Of a stretch of 47,973 nt of DNA, positions 31,896-41,024 are shown piece by piece. Location: the NCBI GenBank assembly GCA_964550945.1, contig CAZKBD010000004.1, positions 1 to 47,973 on the forward strand, read 5' to 3'. Both the position numbers and the translations under genes were made by a program. Positions within the stretch are counted from its first letter, which is position 1. Each line of letters begins with the position of its first letter. The notes beneath the pieces were generated by a model. It was not told the DNA's origin, did no database searches, and worked only from the letters and a program-made list of their open reading frames with translations. This DNA comes from an uncultured Methanosarcinales archaeon (GTDB taxonomy: Archaea > Nanobdellota > Nanobdellia > Woesearchaeales > CAZKBD01).

Positions 31896-34800
31896 TCATA
31901 TCCTACTTATAAAACCTCTACGAGGCTCAAATAAATCACCCGAACGCTTCAGTTTTTCAATAGCTTCCTCTACTTGAGTCTCTTCAATCCCTTTTTCACG
32001 GGCTCCAGCAAGCACATCATCTATCGGGATGGTTTTGCCGATCTTGCTTTCCAATTCAGAAATAATCTCTTTTATCTGGAGTATATGGCTTCTTGCAGAA
32101 GCTGAAATTCCGGTAGCAATCCTGTCAATATCGATCTTTCCGGTTTCTGGATCTCTGCCAATGGCCATCAGGCAATAATGCAATAAATCAATTGCTCTCC
32201 TTGCATCTTTCTTTGTTACTTTGTCAGAAAACCTGGCTCTGGCGTTAGCTTCTGATAACCTGACTAATGCCTCAAGCTGCCTTGGAGAGATTGGAACAGC
32301 TCTTGAAGCCCCTTCTTCAACACCAGATCTGTTGCGCATTTCGACATAATATTGCTTTATTTCCTGCAATGCAGAATCAGTAAGTATTGGATTTATCTTT
32401 TGTCTGGCATACGCAAAATATTTCCTCAAAAGAGGGGTTGGTATTTCAGGCTCTTCAAAATCAGGGGTTTGATGGAGATGAAGGATATGGCCTGCCATTT
32501 TTTCGTCGCGCTCAGGATCAGGAAGATCCTTTATAGGAAATATCAAGTCAAATCTATTAATAAGGGTAGGGGGCAAATTAATCTGGTCTGCGATTATCCC
32601 ATACGGATCAAACCTTCCAAATTTAGGGTTAGCTGCAGCTAATACCGTTGTTCTTGCCAATAATGTTGCCTGGATGTTTGCTTTGGATATGCTGACAGTT
32701 TGCTGTTCAAGCGCTTCATGCATTGCTGCCCTGTCATCTGTGTTCATCTTATCCATCTCATCTATCATACAAATTCCATTAGAAGCCAATACCATAGCGC
32801 CAGCTTCCAAGCTCCAGCCTTTTAGGAATTCATCGCGAACAACCGAAGCAGTTAAGCCAGCGCCGCTTACGCCTTTTCCTGACACATATCTCCCTTTTGG
32901 AGCAACAAGATTAACCCTTTTTAGCATAGCAGATTTTCCAGAGTTATGGCATACAATCCCATTTGCAATGAATGTGTGGCTTACAGGAACTTCAAAATCG
33001 TAAACATCCATAGTTCCTGCCGGCTCAATCTTCACAACTCTCTCGTATCTTTGCATCTTCTTTCTTTTTTGTTTAGCGCTCCTGTTGGTTATCACTTCCA
33101 AAACCTTTTCCAACGCGTTTCTCTTTTTTTCAGAATTAAATCCGATATATTTTGCAAATGACTCCATATCATAAGATCGCCTTATACACAAATTATCTCC
33201 TATGATCCTGGATTGTATGCCAAAATAAAGGAGCAGCAGCTGAACATCCTGCAAAAGCCCGGCGCTTTTTGATTTTAACTGGATAGAAGTTCTTCCTCTT
33301 CCATTGCCAAATGCGCAGCCATCAGCTTCAAAAAGCCAGCTTATAAATCTCGCAACCACATATTTTGGGCTTTTGAATATTTGCTGAGGAACCCGTTTAT
33401 TTGATAGAATTGAAAGAGATTGCGCAACTTGCCTGCTGTTAATCTCTATTAAATGCATCTTTTGCACTGACATAATCTGCCTTAAAAGCCCGCCGCCATC
33501 ATCAATCATCTTTAATTTTCCATTAGCTTCTTTAGTCAAAACAGCAGCGTCAACACAAAATGTTTTACTCCAGAAATCCACAAGCATATTTATTAGGTCC
33601 TTCTCCTCATTATTGACATAACACGTTACCCTGTATCCATTAGGATGTATGCAGCCATCGCCTAAAATATATCCATATAAAGCCGCTAACTCAGGGGTGA
33701 CTTTTTCAGGCAATGAAACAGGTTTTAAACAGCCGGATTTTTTTTCAACTCTCGCAAAACCAGATGGAGCAAGCTTTTTAACCATTGAAGGTATTTTTGG
33801 CATGACCCTTATTTTAGCCCCCATAAGAATTTCATCCGCTCTTTTCCAGCCTTTTTTTGTTAGAAATGGCTGGTTATAAGTGCAAGTTACAGATTTTCCT
33901 GTTTCCAAAACAACTTTAAGCACTGGTTGCTCTTGATAGTGCTGGAACACAGTTGCAAAATCATAATATCTGTCCTTTCCATGTTTTCTAATCTTTGTAA
34001 CAACCTCTGTTATTGGCTCTAGATGTCTTGTTCCAAGAGCTTGTATTTTTTCCATGCCTTTGTATATCAATGCGACCTGAGAATCTCCAGCAATGCATCC
34101 AGGATCACCAATCAGCAAAACATGCATATCCCCCCTGCTTACAACTCCATCTTTCCTGACCTTTCTAGAGCCGCCAAGCAACTGAAGAGCCAAAGCTTCC
34201 TTAACCCTGTCATGGCCAAATATAGAAGGAGCCAGTGAATTTACTAATCTTTGGTATATTCTCGGATCTTGCGCAATTTCCTTTATCTGCCTCTCTTCCT
34301 CTTCGTTTATCTCCATCTCAAGAAAAGTCTCTTCAACAGCCTCAACATGGTTTGCCTCAATCAACAGATCAAACCTCGTCGATTTTGCTCCTGTCTTCAA
34401 TATTATTGGGACCTCTTTTATTACCCCAGTTATCCTTATTTTTGAGCCAGGGCTGGTCCTTTTCTCGCTGAACGGGCTTACCAGATCGTCTTTAAGAAAT
34501 ACATTTATCCTTTTTGGCTGCTCTCCTCCCTCTAGTTGTTCAGGCACTTCCTCTAAAACAATGCCCTGGGCATCAACAAGCTCTTTGCTTAATAAATGAA
34601 ACTTGCCCTTTCTTCCGCAAGAGCATCTGCTTGGCTCTTTGAAAGAGCCATCAAGCTGCAAAATCGATATCACATTGCCGCAAGCAGGGCATTCAAATTT
34701 AGCAGAAGTTACCTGGGGCCTTACATCTGATTTCTGCCTTACAATGCCTTCCAGCAAAACAAATTTTCCAATATGCTTGCTTCTTATGTTCCTGATAAGG

Positions 34801-35066
34801 ATGCGAGAACTTTCCGGCAGATTCTTTATTCTGATTTTGAAATTTTTCTCAACATTGTCAAATTCTGCTGCAGCAAGCTCTGAAGCCTTTATTGTCTCTT
34901 CAGGCTGGTCCAAAAGAAGATTAGCTAATTCTAAATCAAACTTTGAAAGATCCTCAAAATTAATTATCAGGTAATTATGGCCTTTCCTTATATTATCCGA
35001 TAGTTGAGCTCTATAAACCTCATCAATAAATTCCTTGAAATTCTCAATTTGTTCTTGAGCTTCCAT
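31896..35066 (-). CDS. mcm: MCM replicative helicase, interrupted by an in-frame intein
   Basis: Zinc finger FECPACGN...CSCG. Walker A is split as LLIGDPG | insert | SGKSAML. Walker B ICMIDEMDKM, Arg-finger NRFDLIF, C-terminal wH. 1056 aa, or 671 aa without the insert. Confidence 0.92.
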   Translation of the reverse strand: MEAQEQIENFKEFIDEVYRAQLSDNIRKGHNYLIINFEDLSKFDLELANLLLDQPEETIKASELAAAEFDNVEKNFKIRIKNLPESSRILIRNIRSKHIGKFVLLEGIVRQKSDVRPQVTSAKFECPACGNVISILQLDGSFKEPSRCSCGRKGKFHLLSKELVDAQGIVLEEVPEQLEGGEQPKRINVFLKDDLVSPFSEKRTSPGSKIRITGVIKEVPIILKTGAKSTRFDLLIEANHVEAVEETFLEMEINEEEERQIKEIAQDPRIYQRLVNSLAPSIFGHDRVKEALALQLLGGSRKVRKDGVVSRGDMHVLLIGDPGCIAGDSQVALIYKGMEKIQALGTRHLEPITEVVTKIRKHGKDRYYDFATVFQHYQEQPVLKVVLETGKSVTCTYNQPFLTKKGWKRADEILMGAKIRVMPKIPSMVKKLAPSGFARVEKKSGCLKPVSLPEKVTPELAALYGYILGDGCIHPNGYRVTCYVNNEEKDLINMLVDFWSKTFCVDAAVLTKEANGKLKMIDDGGGLLRQIMSVQKMHLIEINSRQVAQSLSILSNKRVPQQIFKSPKYVVARFISWLFEADGCAFGNGRGRTSIQLKSKSAGLLQDVQLLLLYFGIQSRIIGDNLCIRRSYDMESFAKYIGFNSEKKRNALEKVLEVITNRSAKQKRKKMQRYERVVKIEPAGTMDVYDFEVPVSHTFIANGIVCHNSGKSAMLKRVNLVAPKGRYVSGKGVSGAGLTASVVRDEFLKGWSLEAGAMVLASNGICMIDEMDKMNTDDRAAMHEALEQQTVSISKANIQATLLARTTVLAAANPKFGRFDPYGIIADQINLPPTLINRFDLIFPIKDLPDPERDEKMAGHILHLHQTPDFEEPEIPTPLLRKYFAYARQKINPILTDSALQEIKQYYVEMRNRSGVEEGASRAVPISPRQLEALVRLSEANARARFSDKVTKKDARRAIDLLHYCLMAIGRDPETGKIDIDRIATGISASARSHILQIKEIISELESKIGKTIPIDDVLAGAREKGIEETQVEEAIEKLKRSGDLFEPRRGFISRI
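32943..34097 (-). mobile_element. MCM intein (385 aa) with LAGLIDADG homing-endonuclease domain
   Basis: Covers aa 324-708. Starts CIAGDSQVAL (Cys1). LAGLIDADG motifs LYGYILGDGCI and FISWLFEADGCA. Ends VYDFEVPVSHTFIANGIVCHN followed by +1 Ser. Inserted inside the P-loop. Confidence 0.88.
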
Positions 35067-35091
35067 TTTCCTCTTTTGATAACCTCTTTTG

Positions 35092-35099
35092 ATTTATAA
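35092..35099 (-). promoter_or_regulatory. TATA box (TTATAAAT on the minus strand) for mcm
   Basis: It lies about 26 nt upstream of the ATG at 35066, with AAGAGG in between. Confidence 0.4.
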
Positions 35100-35169
35100 G
35101 CGCTATGCGTGAATGTCCAGTGCTAATGGCCTAGAGCTTACGCTAGTTCCTGATAATATACCCCCTACT

Positions 35170-35763
35170 CTAGGCTCTTACTTTCTTAAGCCGCTCGATT
35201 AGCATATCTAATGCAGCATGAACCTCTTTTTCACTTTTAGTGCCTGTGCAAACTACTTTTCCATTGCTGAACAACAAAAAGGTAGCTTTAGCTTCAGCTA
35301 GTTTGTATACAAGCCCTGGAAATTGTTCTGGCTCGTATTCTGTATTTTCAAGCTTCATTGCTAGAGTGTTTAGATTTAGGTCCATACCGACTGAGCCGCT
35401 AGCGACAATATTTTGAATCTTTATTTCTGGTTTTATTGTGATTTTTACATTGATCTTTTCTAGGCTTTTGATTATCTTCTTTATACTTTCTTCAACTTTG
35501 TCCATTGATCTGGCGCCTGTACAGACTACCTTGCCAGAGCTGAATATCAATGCGCTAGTTTTAGGTTCTTTTATTCTTATGACCAGCCCAGGGAACTGTT
35601 CAGGGTTGTATTCTGTATTGGATAACGTGGCTGCCATCTTTTCCAATGGAATATCGTGCTTTAGAGAAGTGGAAATTACAATATTGACCACTTTAATGTC
35701 TCTTTTGGGCTCTTCTTTCTTTTTAAGTACTTTCTTTGCTTTATCTGCTTTTTTCTTAGCCAT
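35170..35763 (-). CDS. tbp: TATA-box binding protein
   Basis: Two TBP repeats with EYNPEQFPGLVIRI and EYEPEQFPGLVYKL, plus a Lys-rich N-terminal extension. GGAGGA lies upstream of the ATG. Confidence 0.92.
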   Translation of the reverse strand: MAKKKADKAKKVLKKKEEPKRDIKVVNIVISTSLKHDIPLEKMAATLSNTEYNPEQFPGLVIRIKEPKTSALIFSSGKVVCTGARSMDKVEESIKKIIKSLEKINVKITIKPEIKIQNIVASGSVGMDLNLNTLAMKLENTEYEPEQFPGLVYKLAEAKATFLLFSNGKVVCTGTKSEKEVHAALDMLIERLKKVRA

Positions 35764-35923
35764 TTTTGATCATATCCTCCAAAATAACCTTTTTTGCCAA
35801 AATAATCCCTTATTTGGCATTTTTAATGATATTTATTTATAAACATTTAAAAATAGGCTCGAGTATTTAAATACTTTTGTTTATAAACAGAATCATCGCA
35901 AAATAAACATTCCAGATGTTATG

Positions 35924-35944
35924 CCCCCTTGGTTTCGCGTGGAA
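35924..35944 (-). promoter_or_regulatory. Isolated ORB-like element (ORB-3)
   Basis: The minus strand reads TTCCACGCGAAACCAAGGGGG, which fits the consensus of ORB-1 and ORB-2. Confidence 0.5.
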
Positions 35945-35958
35945 ACAGGATTTCAAAA

Positions 35959-37512
35959 TCAGCAATTCCTAATTAAAAAATACCTAAATCCTTTTTCTAT
36001 TGCTTCTAGAGATGCTTCTAGTATGTTCGGAGATACCCCTACTGTTCCAAATTCTTCTTTTCCGTTCTTGAATTCTATATAGACTCGGACAGAGCTCTCA
36101 GCTCCTTGGTCTTCTGCTATCATCACTTTATAATTTATTAGCTGGACTGATTGTATCTCTTTGTGGTTAGTTGCTATCATCTTCTGCAGCGAGCTATAAA
36201 CAGCATCAACAGGGCCGCCTTTTACAGGAGCAACCACTTCTCTATTTTTACCGCCGACAGAACCAGTTAACACGCACTCACTATATTCCCCATTACGATT
36301 TTCGCTAAGGATCTTCCAGGTATCAATCTTAAAAAATTCGTTCTTCTTTCCAAAAAAAGCGTTTGTAAGCAAAAACTGCTCTGCTTTAAGGTCGCCAATA
36401 TCATATCCCTTCTTCTCTAATACCTCTAATTTCTCAAGCATTGCTTTTACTCTTGGATCATCTTTGCTTGCCTTGATATTGAATTTTTTTAATACTTCAA
36501 CTATATTGGCTTTTCCAGATAAATCTGACAAGACTATATCCCGTTTATTCCCGACCAACTCAGGGTTTATATGCTCATAAGAGGCTCCTTTCATTATAGC
36601 ATCTACATGAATGCCTCCTTTATGGGAAAAGGCGTTTTTTCCAACAAAGGGCTTATGATTGTCAGGCTTGATATTGGCTAAAGTATAGACCAGATTGCTC
36701 AATTGGGTTAACTTTTCTAGTTTTAAATTTAACCTCATCTTCTTCTTCAATCTCAAAATAGGCGCAATCTGGCATAAATCCGCGTTTCCTGCCCTTTCAC
36801 CAAATCCATTTATAGTTCCTTGGACATAACTCACACCAAGGTCCACAGCAGCAATTGAATTTGCAACCGCAACTCCCGAGTCATTATGGGCATGAATGCC
36901 TAGCTCAACATTTATTTTGTTCTTCTTTAGAAATTCCTTAACCTTTTTTATTATCTCTGAAAGCTCATCAGGCAAAGTGCCCCCATTTGTGTCGCATAGC
37001 ATTAAGCAGGAAGCGCTAGCATCTGCAGCTGTTTTTAAGCATTCTAAAGCATATTCCTTACTATCCTTGAATCCATCAAAAAAATGCTCTGCATCATAAA
37101 ACACCTTAAGCCCATTACCTCTCAAAAACTTTATGCTTTCTTCTATCGCCTTCAAGTTCTCTTTTGGCTCTGTTTTAAGCTGTTTTGTAACGTGCTGAAG
37201 CCAGCTTTTGCCAAAAATACAAGCAATTTTAGCTTTGCTTTGGACTATAGCCCTCAAATTAGGGTCTTCTGCAGCGCTTATTTTAGTGCGCCTTGTTGAG
37301 CCAAATGCAACTATCTTTTTAAGCTTCAGTTTCGAGGCTTCTAGGAAACACTCCATATCTTTAGGGTTAGAGCCAGGCCAGCCAAGCTCGATATAATCCA
37401 CCCCAAAATCATCTAGCGATTTAGCTATCTCGATCTTATCCCTCACGCCAAAATTCACATCAGAACTCTGGCCCCCATCTCTAAGGGTGGTATCAAATAT
37501 CTTTAGTTCCAT
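35959..37512 (-). CDS. 2-isopropylmalate synthase / (R)-citramalate synthase family enzyme with LeuA-type C-terminal domain
   Basis: IFDTTLRDGGQS, HAHNDSGVAVANS and GERAGNADL. At 517 aa it includes the regulatory/dimerisation domain. I cannot separate cimA from leuA by eye. Confidence 0.8.
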   Translation of the reverse strand: MELKIFDTTLRDGGQSSDVNFGVRDKIEIAKSLDDFGVDYIELGWPGSNPKDMECFLEASKLKLKKIVAFGSTRRTKISAAEDPNLRAIVQSKAKIACIFGKSWLQHVTKQLKTEPKENLKAIEESIKFLRGNGLKVFYDAEHFFDGFKDSKEYALECLKTAADASASCLMLCDTNGGTLPDELSEIIKKVKEFLKKNKINVELGIHAHNDSGVAVANSIAAVDLGVSYVQGTINGFGERAGNADLCQIAPILRLKKKMRLNLKLEKLTQLSNLVYTLANIKPDNHKPFVGKNAFSHKGGIHVDAIMKGASYEHINPELVGNKRDIVLSDLSGKANIVEVLKKFNIKASKDDPRVKAMLEKLEVLEKKGYDIGDLKAEQFLLTNAFFGKKNEFFKIDTWKILSENRNGEYSECVLTGSVGGKNREVVAPVKGGPVDAVYSSLQKMIATNHKEIQSVQLINYKVMIAEDQGAESSVRVYIEFKNGKEEFGTVGVSPNILEASLEAIEKGFRYFLIRNC

Positions 37513-37781
37513 GTTTTCCCGCTCCTTTTTTAATTATTTTTAGCATCTTAGAACCAATGGCTGCAATTTTGAAATGATTGCAGTTCTAACCTATAATGAT
37601 GATTCCGATAATTAAGAAAATCTTACATATCCTTTTTATAATGGAACCTTCCATTTTATATACGATAATCCACACCTAATATTTAAATCTTTTGGAAGGG
37701 TTTATATGATTTCAAGAAAACCTATGTTCTATCTTATATATTTTTATTATTATTTTGAATGACATGCTTTTGCTACTCAAA

Positions 37782-37800
37782 AATAGAAACATTTAAATAT
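37782..37800 (+). promoter_or_regulatory. BRE/TATA promoter element AATAGAAACATTTAAATAT upstream of trmB
   Basis: This 19-mer is identical to 43018-43036. Its TATA ends 58 nt before the ATG at 37858, and GGAGAGGG lies upstream of the ATG. Confidence 0.5.
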
Positions 37801-37857
37801 CGACACTCCTTTCCACACATAAACCAATAGCTTTATTTTATGGGGAGAGGGTAAAAC

Positions 37858-38679
37858 ATGATTGTTCAAAAGGATTTTTTAAATAAACTAAGAGATTTTG
37901 GTTTAAACACCTACGAGTCAAAGTTGTGGACAGCATTGCTTTCGAGGGGGATTTCTACTGCTGGTGAGCTTAGCGACATTGCAGGGGTTCCAAGAAGCAG
38001 AAGTTATGATGTCTTGGAAAGCCTTGAGAAGAAGGGATTCATTGTTATGAAGCTTGGAAAGCCGATTAAGTATATTGCGGTGCCGCCAGAAGAGGTTATC
38101 GAAAGGGTCAAGAAAAAGGTTGTAGAGGATTCAGACGGCCAGCTTAGGCTTATTGAAGAGTTAAGGGCAGGTGATATTCTGGATGAGCTGGCATTATTGC
38201 ACAAGCAAGGCGTTGAATTAGTGGAGCCAACAGACCTATCAGGCTCTATCCGTGGAAGAAACAACCTAAACAACCATCTGGAGACAATGATAAGGGGCGC
38301 AAAAAAATCCATAATCTTAATGACTACTGATAAAGGCATAATCAGAAAAGCAGATGTTCTTAGAAACTCTTTAACAAAAGCAAAACAAAGGGGAGTCAGA
38401 ATAAGGATAGCCACCCACGCAACAAAAGATAATATTGACTTGATCAAGAATATTACAAGGATAGCAGAAATAAGGCAAAGTACTGGAGTAAAAGCAAGAT
38501 TCTGCATTATTGATGGAAAAGAGTTTACATTCATGCTTCTTGATGACAAAGATGTTCATCCAACCTATGACGTTGCTATATGGGTTAATACAGAGTTTTT
38601 TGCCAAGGCGATGGAAGAGATATTTGAATCAGAATGGAAGAAGATGAAGCCAATTGACCCGGCAATAAAGTCCCCATAA
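37858..38679 (+). CDS. trmB: TrmB-family transcriptional regulator
   Basis: N-terminal wHTH LGLNTYESKLWTALLSRGISTAGELSDIAGVPRSRSYDVLESLEKKGFI plus a TrmB-type C-terminal effector domain. Confidence 0.85.
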   Translation: MIVQKDFLNKLRDFGLNTYESKLWTALLSRGISTAGELSDIAGVPRSRSYDVLESLEKKGFIVMKLGKPIKYIAVPPEEVIERVKKKVVEDSDGQLRLIEELRAGDILDELALLHKQGVELVEPTDLSGSIRGRNNLNNHLETMIRGAKKSIILMTTDKGIIRKADVLRNSLTKAKQRGVRIRIATHATKDNIDLIKNITRIAEIRQSTGVKARFCIIDGKEFTFMLLDDKDVHPTYDVAIWVNTEFFAKAMEEIFESEWKKMKPIDPAIKSP

Positions 38680-38760
38680 CCCAAAAAGTTAAATCAATCA
38701 TTTATGCCCAAGAAATCGGAGATTTCTAAGTATGAATGTATGGAAGTCGGGAGATTTCCA

Positions 38761-38774
38761 AAACATTTATATAT
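38761..38774 (+). promoter_or_regulatory. BRE/TATA AAACATTTATATAT for the small membrane protein gene
   Basis: It resembles the core of the trmB/fba element. It lies about 58 nt upstream of the ATG at 38832, which is preceded by GAGGTG. Confidence 0.4.
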
Positions 38775-38831
38775 GACTGCTTCTTTTATTACCCTAAGAT
38801 ATTTACAGGCATACAAAAAAGAGGTGCGAAA

Positions 38832-39047
38832 ATGGCTATAGGAGGAGAATTAAATCTACAGCTTCTTTACATTATATTGGCAATAATAATAGGCACTTTA
38901 TCTGCGATTGTTTACTCTTTGAGGGTATTGGTTCTTATGGAGAGAAGGATTGCTAGGATAGAGATGCATATTGAGCAGGCTGTAGGCAGAGTTGCAAGGG
39001 AAGAATCCAAGATTGAGAGAAGGCTGGGCTCTAGAAAAAGAAGATAG
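38832..39047 (+). CDS. Small single-TM protein (71 aa)
   Basis: Internal Met after GAGGTG. TM LLYIILAIIIGTLSAIVYSL followed by a basic coiled tail. The tracked 38736 extension covers its own promoter. Confidence 0.4.
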   Translation: MAIGGELNLQLLYIILAIIIGTLSAIVYSLRVLVLMERRIARIEMHIEQAVGRVAREESKIERRLGSRKRR

Positions 39048-39434
39048 CTATTTTATTAGCTCTTCAAAGCTCAATCCTTTATTTTTTGCTAATTCTTTTG
39101 ATATAAAAAAGGAATTCTGCTTTTCTTCCAGATCCTCTAAATTTATGAAAAACCAGTCAGTCCTATCGAATCTAACTCCAATCCATGGCTCTGATCCAAA
39201 TAGATTCGAGAAGGTTTTTAGCTGCTCAATCTCTTCTTTTGTGAAATATTTTGAATCATCCTTTGAAGTTTTGCATTCTATTGCCAATCTTCTTAGCTTA
39301 TTTGTTGCCAGGACATCTGCTGAAGGATACCTCATCGATCCAGATCCTGCAATTCTGCAGCTAGCCCACCCATTGCCCCAGAATAAATGGATTAGCTCTC
39401 TTTCTGCATTGATCCCTTTGGACTTGCGTGACAT
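39048..39434 (-). CDS. hjc: Holliday junction resolvase Hjc
   Basis: KGINAERELIHLFWGNGWASCRIAGSG, SADVLA and AIECKTSK give the E...D...ExK catalytic pattern. The start overlaps the rnz stop (ATGA). Confidence 0.85.
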   Translation of the reverse strand: MSRKSKGINAERELIHLFWGNGWASCRIAGSGSMRYPSADVLATNKLRRLAIECKTSKDDSKYFTKEEIEQLKTFSNLFGSEPWIGVRFDRTDWFFINLEDLEEKQNSFFISKELAKNKGLSFEELIK

Positions 39435-40342
39435 CAGACTTTTATCCTCATAATATCATAAGCGCAGATTGTATTGCTAAAATAGTCCTTTGCATCCTCC
39501 TCTATCTCCTGAGTGGTTTTGTATCGTGCAGAGAAATGAGTCAATATCAATTTTTTTGCGTTTGATTTGCTGGCTATTAACGCCGCTTGTTTTGCTGTCA
39601 TATGGCCATAATCCTCGCTTTTATCCGACAGCTTTGAAGAGTATGTCGCTTCAGAGATTAATAAGTCAACATCCTTTGCCAGCCCATAACAATTATTGCA
39701 AGGCAAAGTATCAGCAATAAATCCGATCTTTTTGCCCTCAACAACATAAGTCGCTTGTTTGGGGCTTATCTTTTTGCCTTTCCACATTATTGGCTCATTG
39801 CGCTGTAGCTTGCCCAAAAGAGGGCCGTCTGGAATGCCTAATTTTTTTATCTGATTTAAGTCAATCTTTCTTTTGTCAGCCTCAACAAACCTGAATCCCA
39901 TAGTCTCTATGCCATGGTCCAGGAACATTGCTTCTAGCGAAAAATCTTCTCCAGAGTAAAAAACACCCTCTTTCTTAATTTCAGTTATCTCCATTTTTAT
40001 CCTTCTGTCAAAAACAAAAGCCTGGAACATATGCTTGAAATGCTCCATAGTCCCTTCTGGGCCGTATATCTCCAATGTTTTGGTGTATTCAGAAGCGCCT
40101 AATGTAGATATCAATCCTGGCAAGCCGAGCGCATGATCGCTATGCCAGTGGGTTATCAATATTTTAGTCACTTTTGTGATGGGTATGCCTGCTATCTTCA
40201 ATTGCTTTTGAGTGCCCTCTCCGCAATCGATCAACACTCCATGAGAGCCATAACTAATCAAAACCGCGCTTTGATTTCTCTCTTTTGTCGGAACCATTGA
40301 AGATGTTCCTAGGAATACTATCTCTATCATACACCCTAGCAA
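39434..40342 (-). CDS. rnz: Ribonuclease Z (short form)
   Basis: FLGTSSMVPTKERNQSAVLI, LIDCGEGTQ, HxHxDH motif ITHWHSDHALGLPGL. About 300 aa. Confidence 0.85.
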   Translation of the reverse strand: MLGCMIEIVFLGTSSMVPTKERNQSAVLISYGSHGVLIDCGEGTQKQLKIAGIPITKVTKILITHWHSDHALGLPGLISTLGASEYTKTLEIYGPEGTMEHFKHMFQAFVFDRRIKMEITEIKKEGVFYSGEDFSLEAMFLDHGIETMGFRFVEADKRKIDLNQIKKLGIPDGPLLGKLQRNEPIMWKGKKISPKQATYVVEGKKIGFIADTLPCNNCYGLAKDVDLLISEATYSSKLSDKSEDYGHMTAKQAALIASKSNAKKLILTHFSARYKTTQEIEEDAKDYFSNTICAYDIMRIKV

Positions 40343-40415
40343 GTTTATGAGTCTATTTAATATTTTCTTTTTTCAAAGAGAAATGTTTTTAAGTACACCA
40401 GTAATTCCAGCAAAT

Positions 40416-40991
40416 ATGTCTAAGAAACCAGAGAAAATTGAAGAAGAAGCGCAGTCAAAAGAGAAAAAACCAGTTAAGGCCACACTTATTAAAGAGAGAG
40501 TTTTAACTGAGTCAAGCGATGAATCCCGATTGCTTTATGACCAAAGCAGGTATGGCTCGCTTTTGGAAGATGGCAAGCTGCAGCTCTCGCTTTTAGAATG
40601 CCTCTACCTAATGGAAAAGAAAAGGGTCAAGTCAGTTGATGGCAGAGGAAAAGAGATAAACTTCGAAAAATTCATGAGAAGAGCTCAAAAATTAGAGCCT
40701 AATTTCTGGATAAGGTACTGCGTTTTTAAAGATATTAGGAATAGGGGCTATATAATCAAAACTGCCCTTAAATTTGGGGCAGATTTTAGGGTTTATGATC
40801 GCGGCGTAAAGCCAGGAGAGGATCACGCGAAATGGATCGTTTATCCTGTGCATGAGAGTTCTGTTTTAACTTGGTATGAATTCTCCGCAAAAAACCGGGT
40901 AGCCCATTCAACTAAAAAACGGCTCCTTATAGGGGTAGTTGACGAAGAAAGCGACGTAACCTATTATGAAGTTAAGTGGGTAAGGCCATAA
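40416..40991 (+). CDS. endA: tRNA-splicing endonuclease EndA
   Basis: GADFRVYDRG and HAKWIVYPV catalytic region. The tracked start is 40347. I prefer the ATG at 40416 (191 aa), downstream of a TATTTAAT box near 40365. Confidence 0.8.
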   Translation: MSKKPEKIEEEAQSKEKKPVKATLIKERVLTESSDESRLLYDQSRYGSLLEDGKLQLSLLECLYLMEKKRVKSVDGRGKEINFEKFMRRAQKLEPNFWIRYCVFKDIRNRGYIIKTALKFGADFRVYDRGVKPGEDHAKWIVYPVHESSVLTWYEFSAKNRVAHSTKKRLLIGVVDEESDVTYYEVKWVRP

Positions 40992-40993
40992 AA

Positions 40994-41001
40994 TATTTAA
41001 A
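40994..41001 (+). promoter_or_regulatory. TATA box (TATTTAAA) for the 41025 gene
   Basis: It ends 24 nt before the ATG at 41025. Confidence 0.45.
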
Positions 41002-41024
41002 GTTCGTACTTTTTCTGCTAATTG

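Noticed and set aside
37596-37602. C-box-like AUGAUGA here, and GUGAUGA at 6305-6311, as possible C/D box sRNAs.
   Set aside because: There is no CUGA D or D' box within the following 70 nt in either case, and no terminal pairing.
38004-38549. 181-aa minus-strand ORF, and similar long shadow ORFs at 29779-30249, 34603-34974, 38992-39453, 27500-27862, 2694-3008 and 11531-11884.
   Set aside because: Each lies antisense to or inside a gene with clear family motifs (trmB, OB-fold, mcm, hjc, dp2, top6B, PP-loop). The translations are low-complexity, Leu/Ser/Phe-rich and lack motifs, as expected for AT-rich shadow frames.
38736-38831. The 32-aa N-terminal extension of the tracked 103-aa ORF. The same applies to the extensions at 13238-13282, 14614-14688 and 40347-40415.
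   Set aside because: The extensions contain the genes' own BRE/TATA boxes or are followed by a good SD plus internal ATG. They are Phe/Tyr/Ile-rich, which is typical of translated AT-rich spacer.
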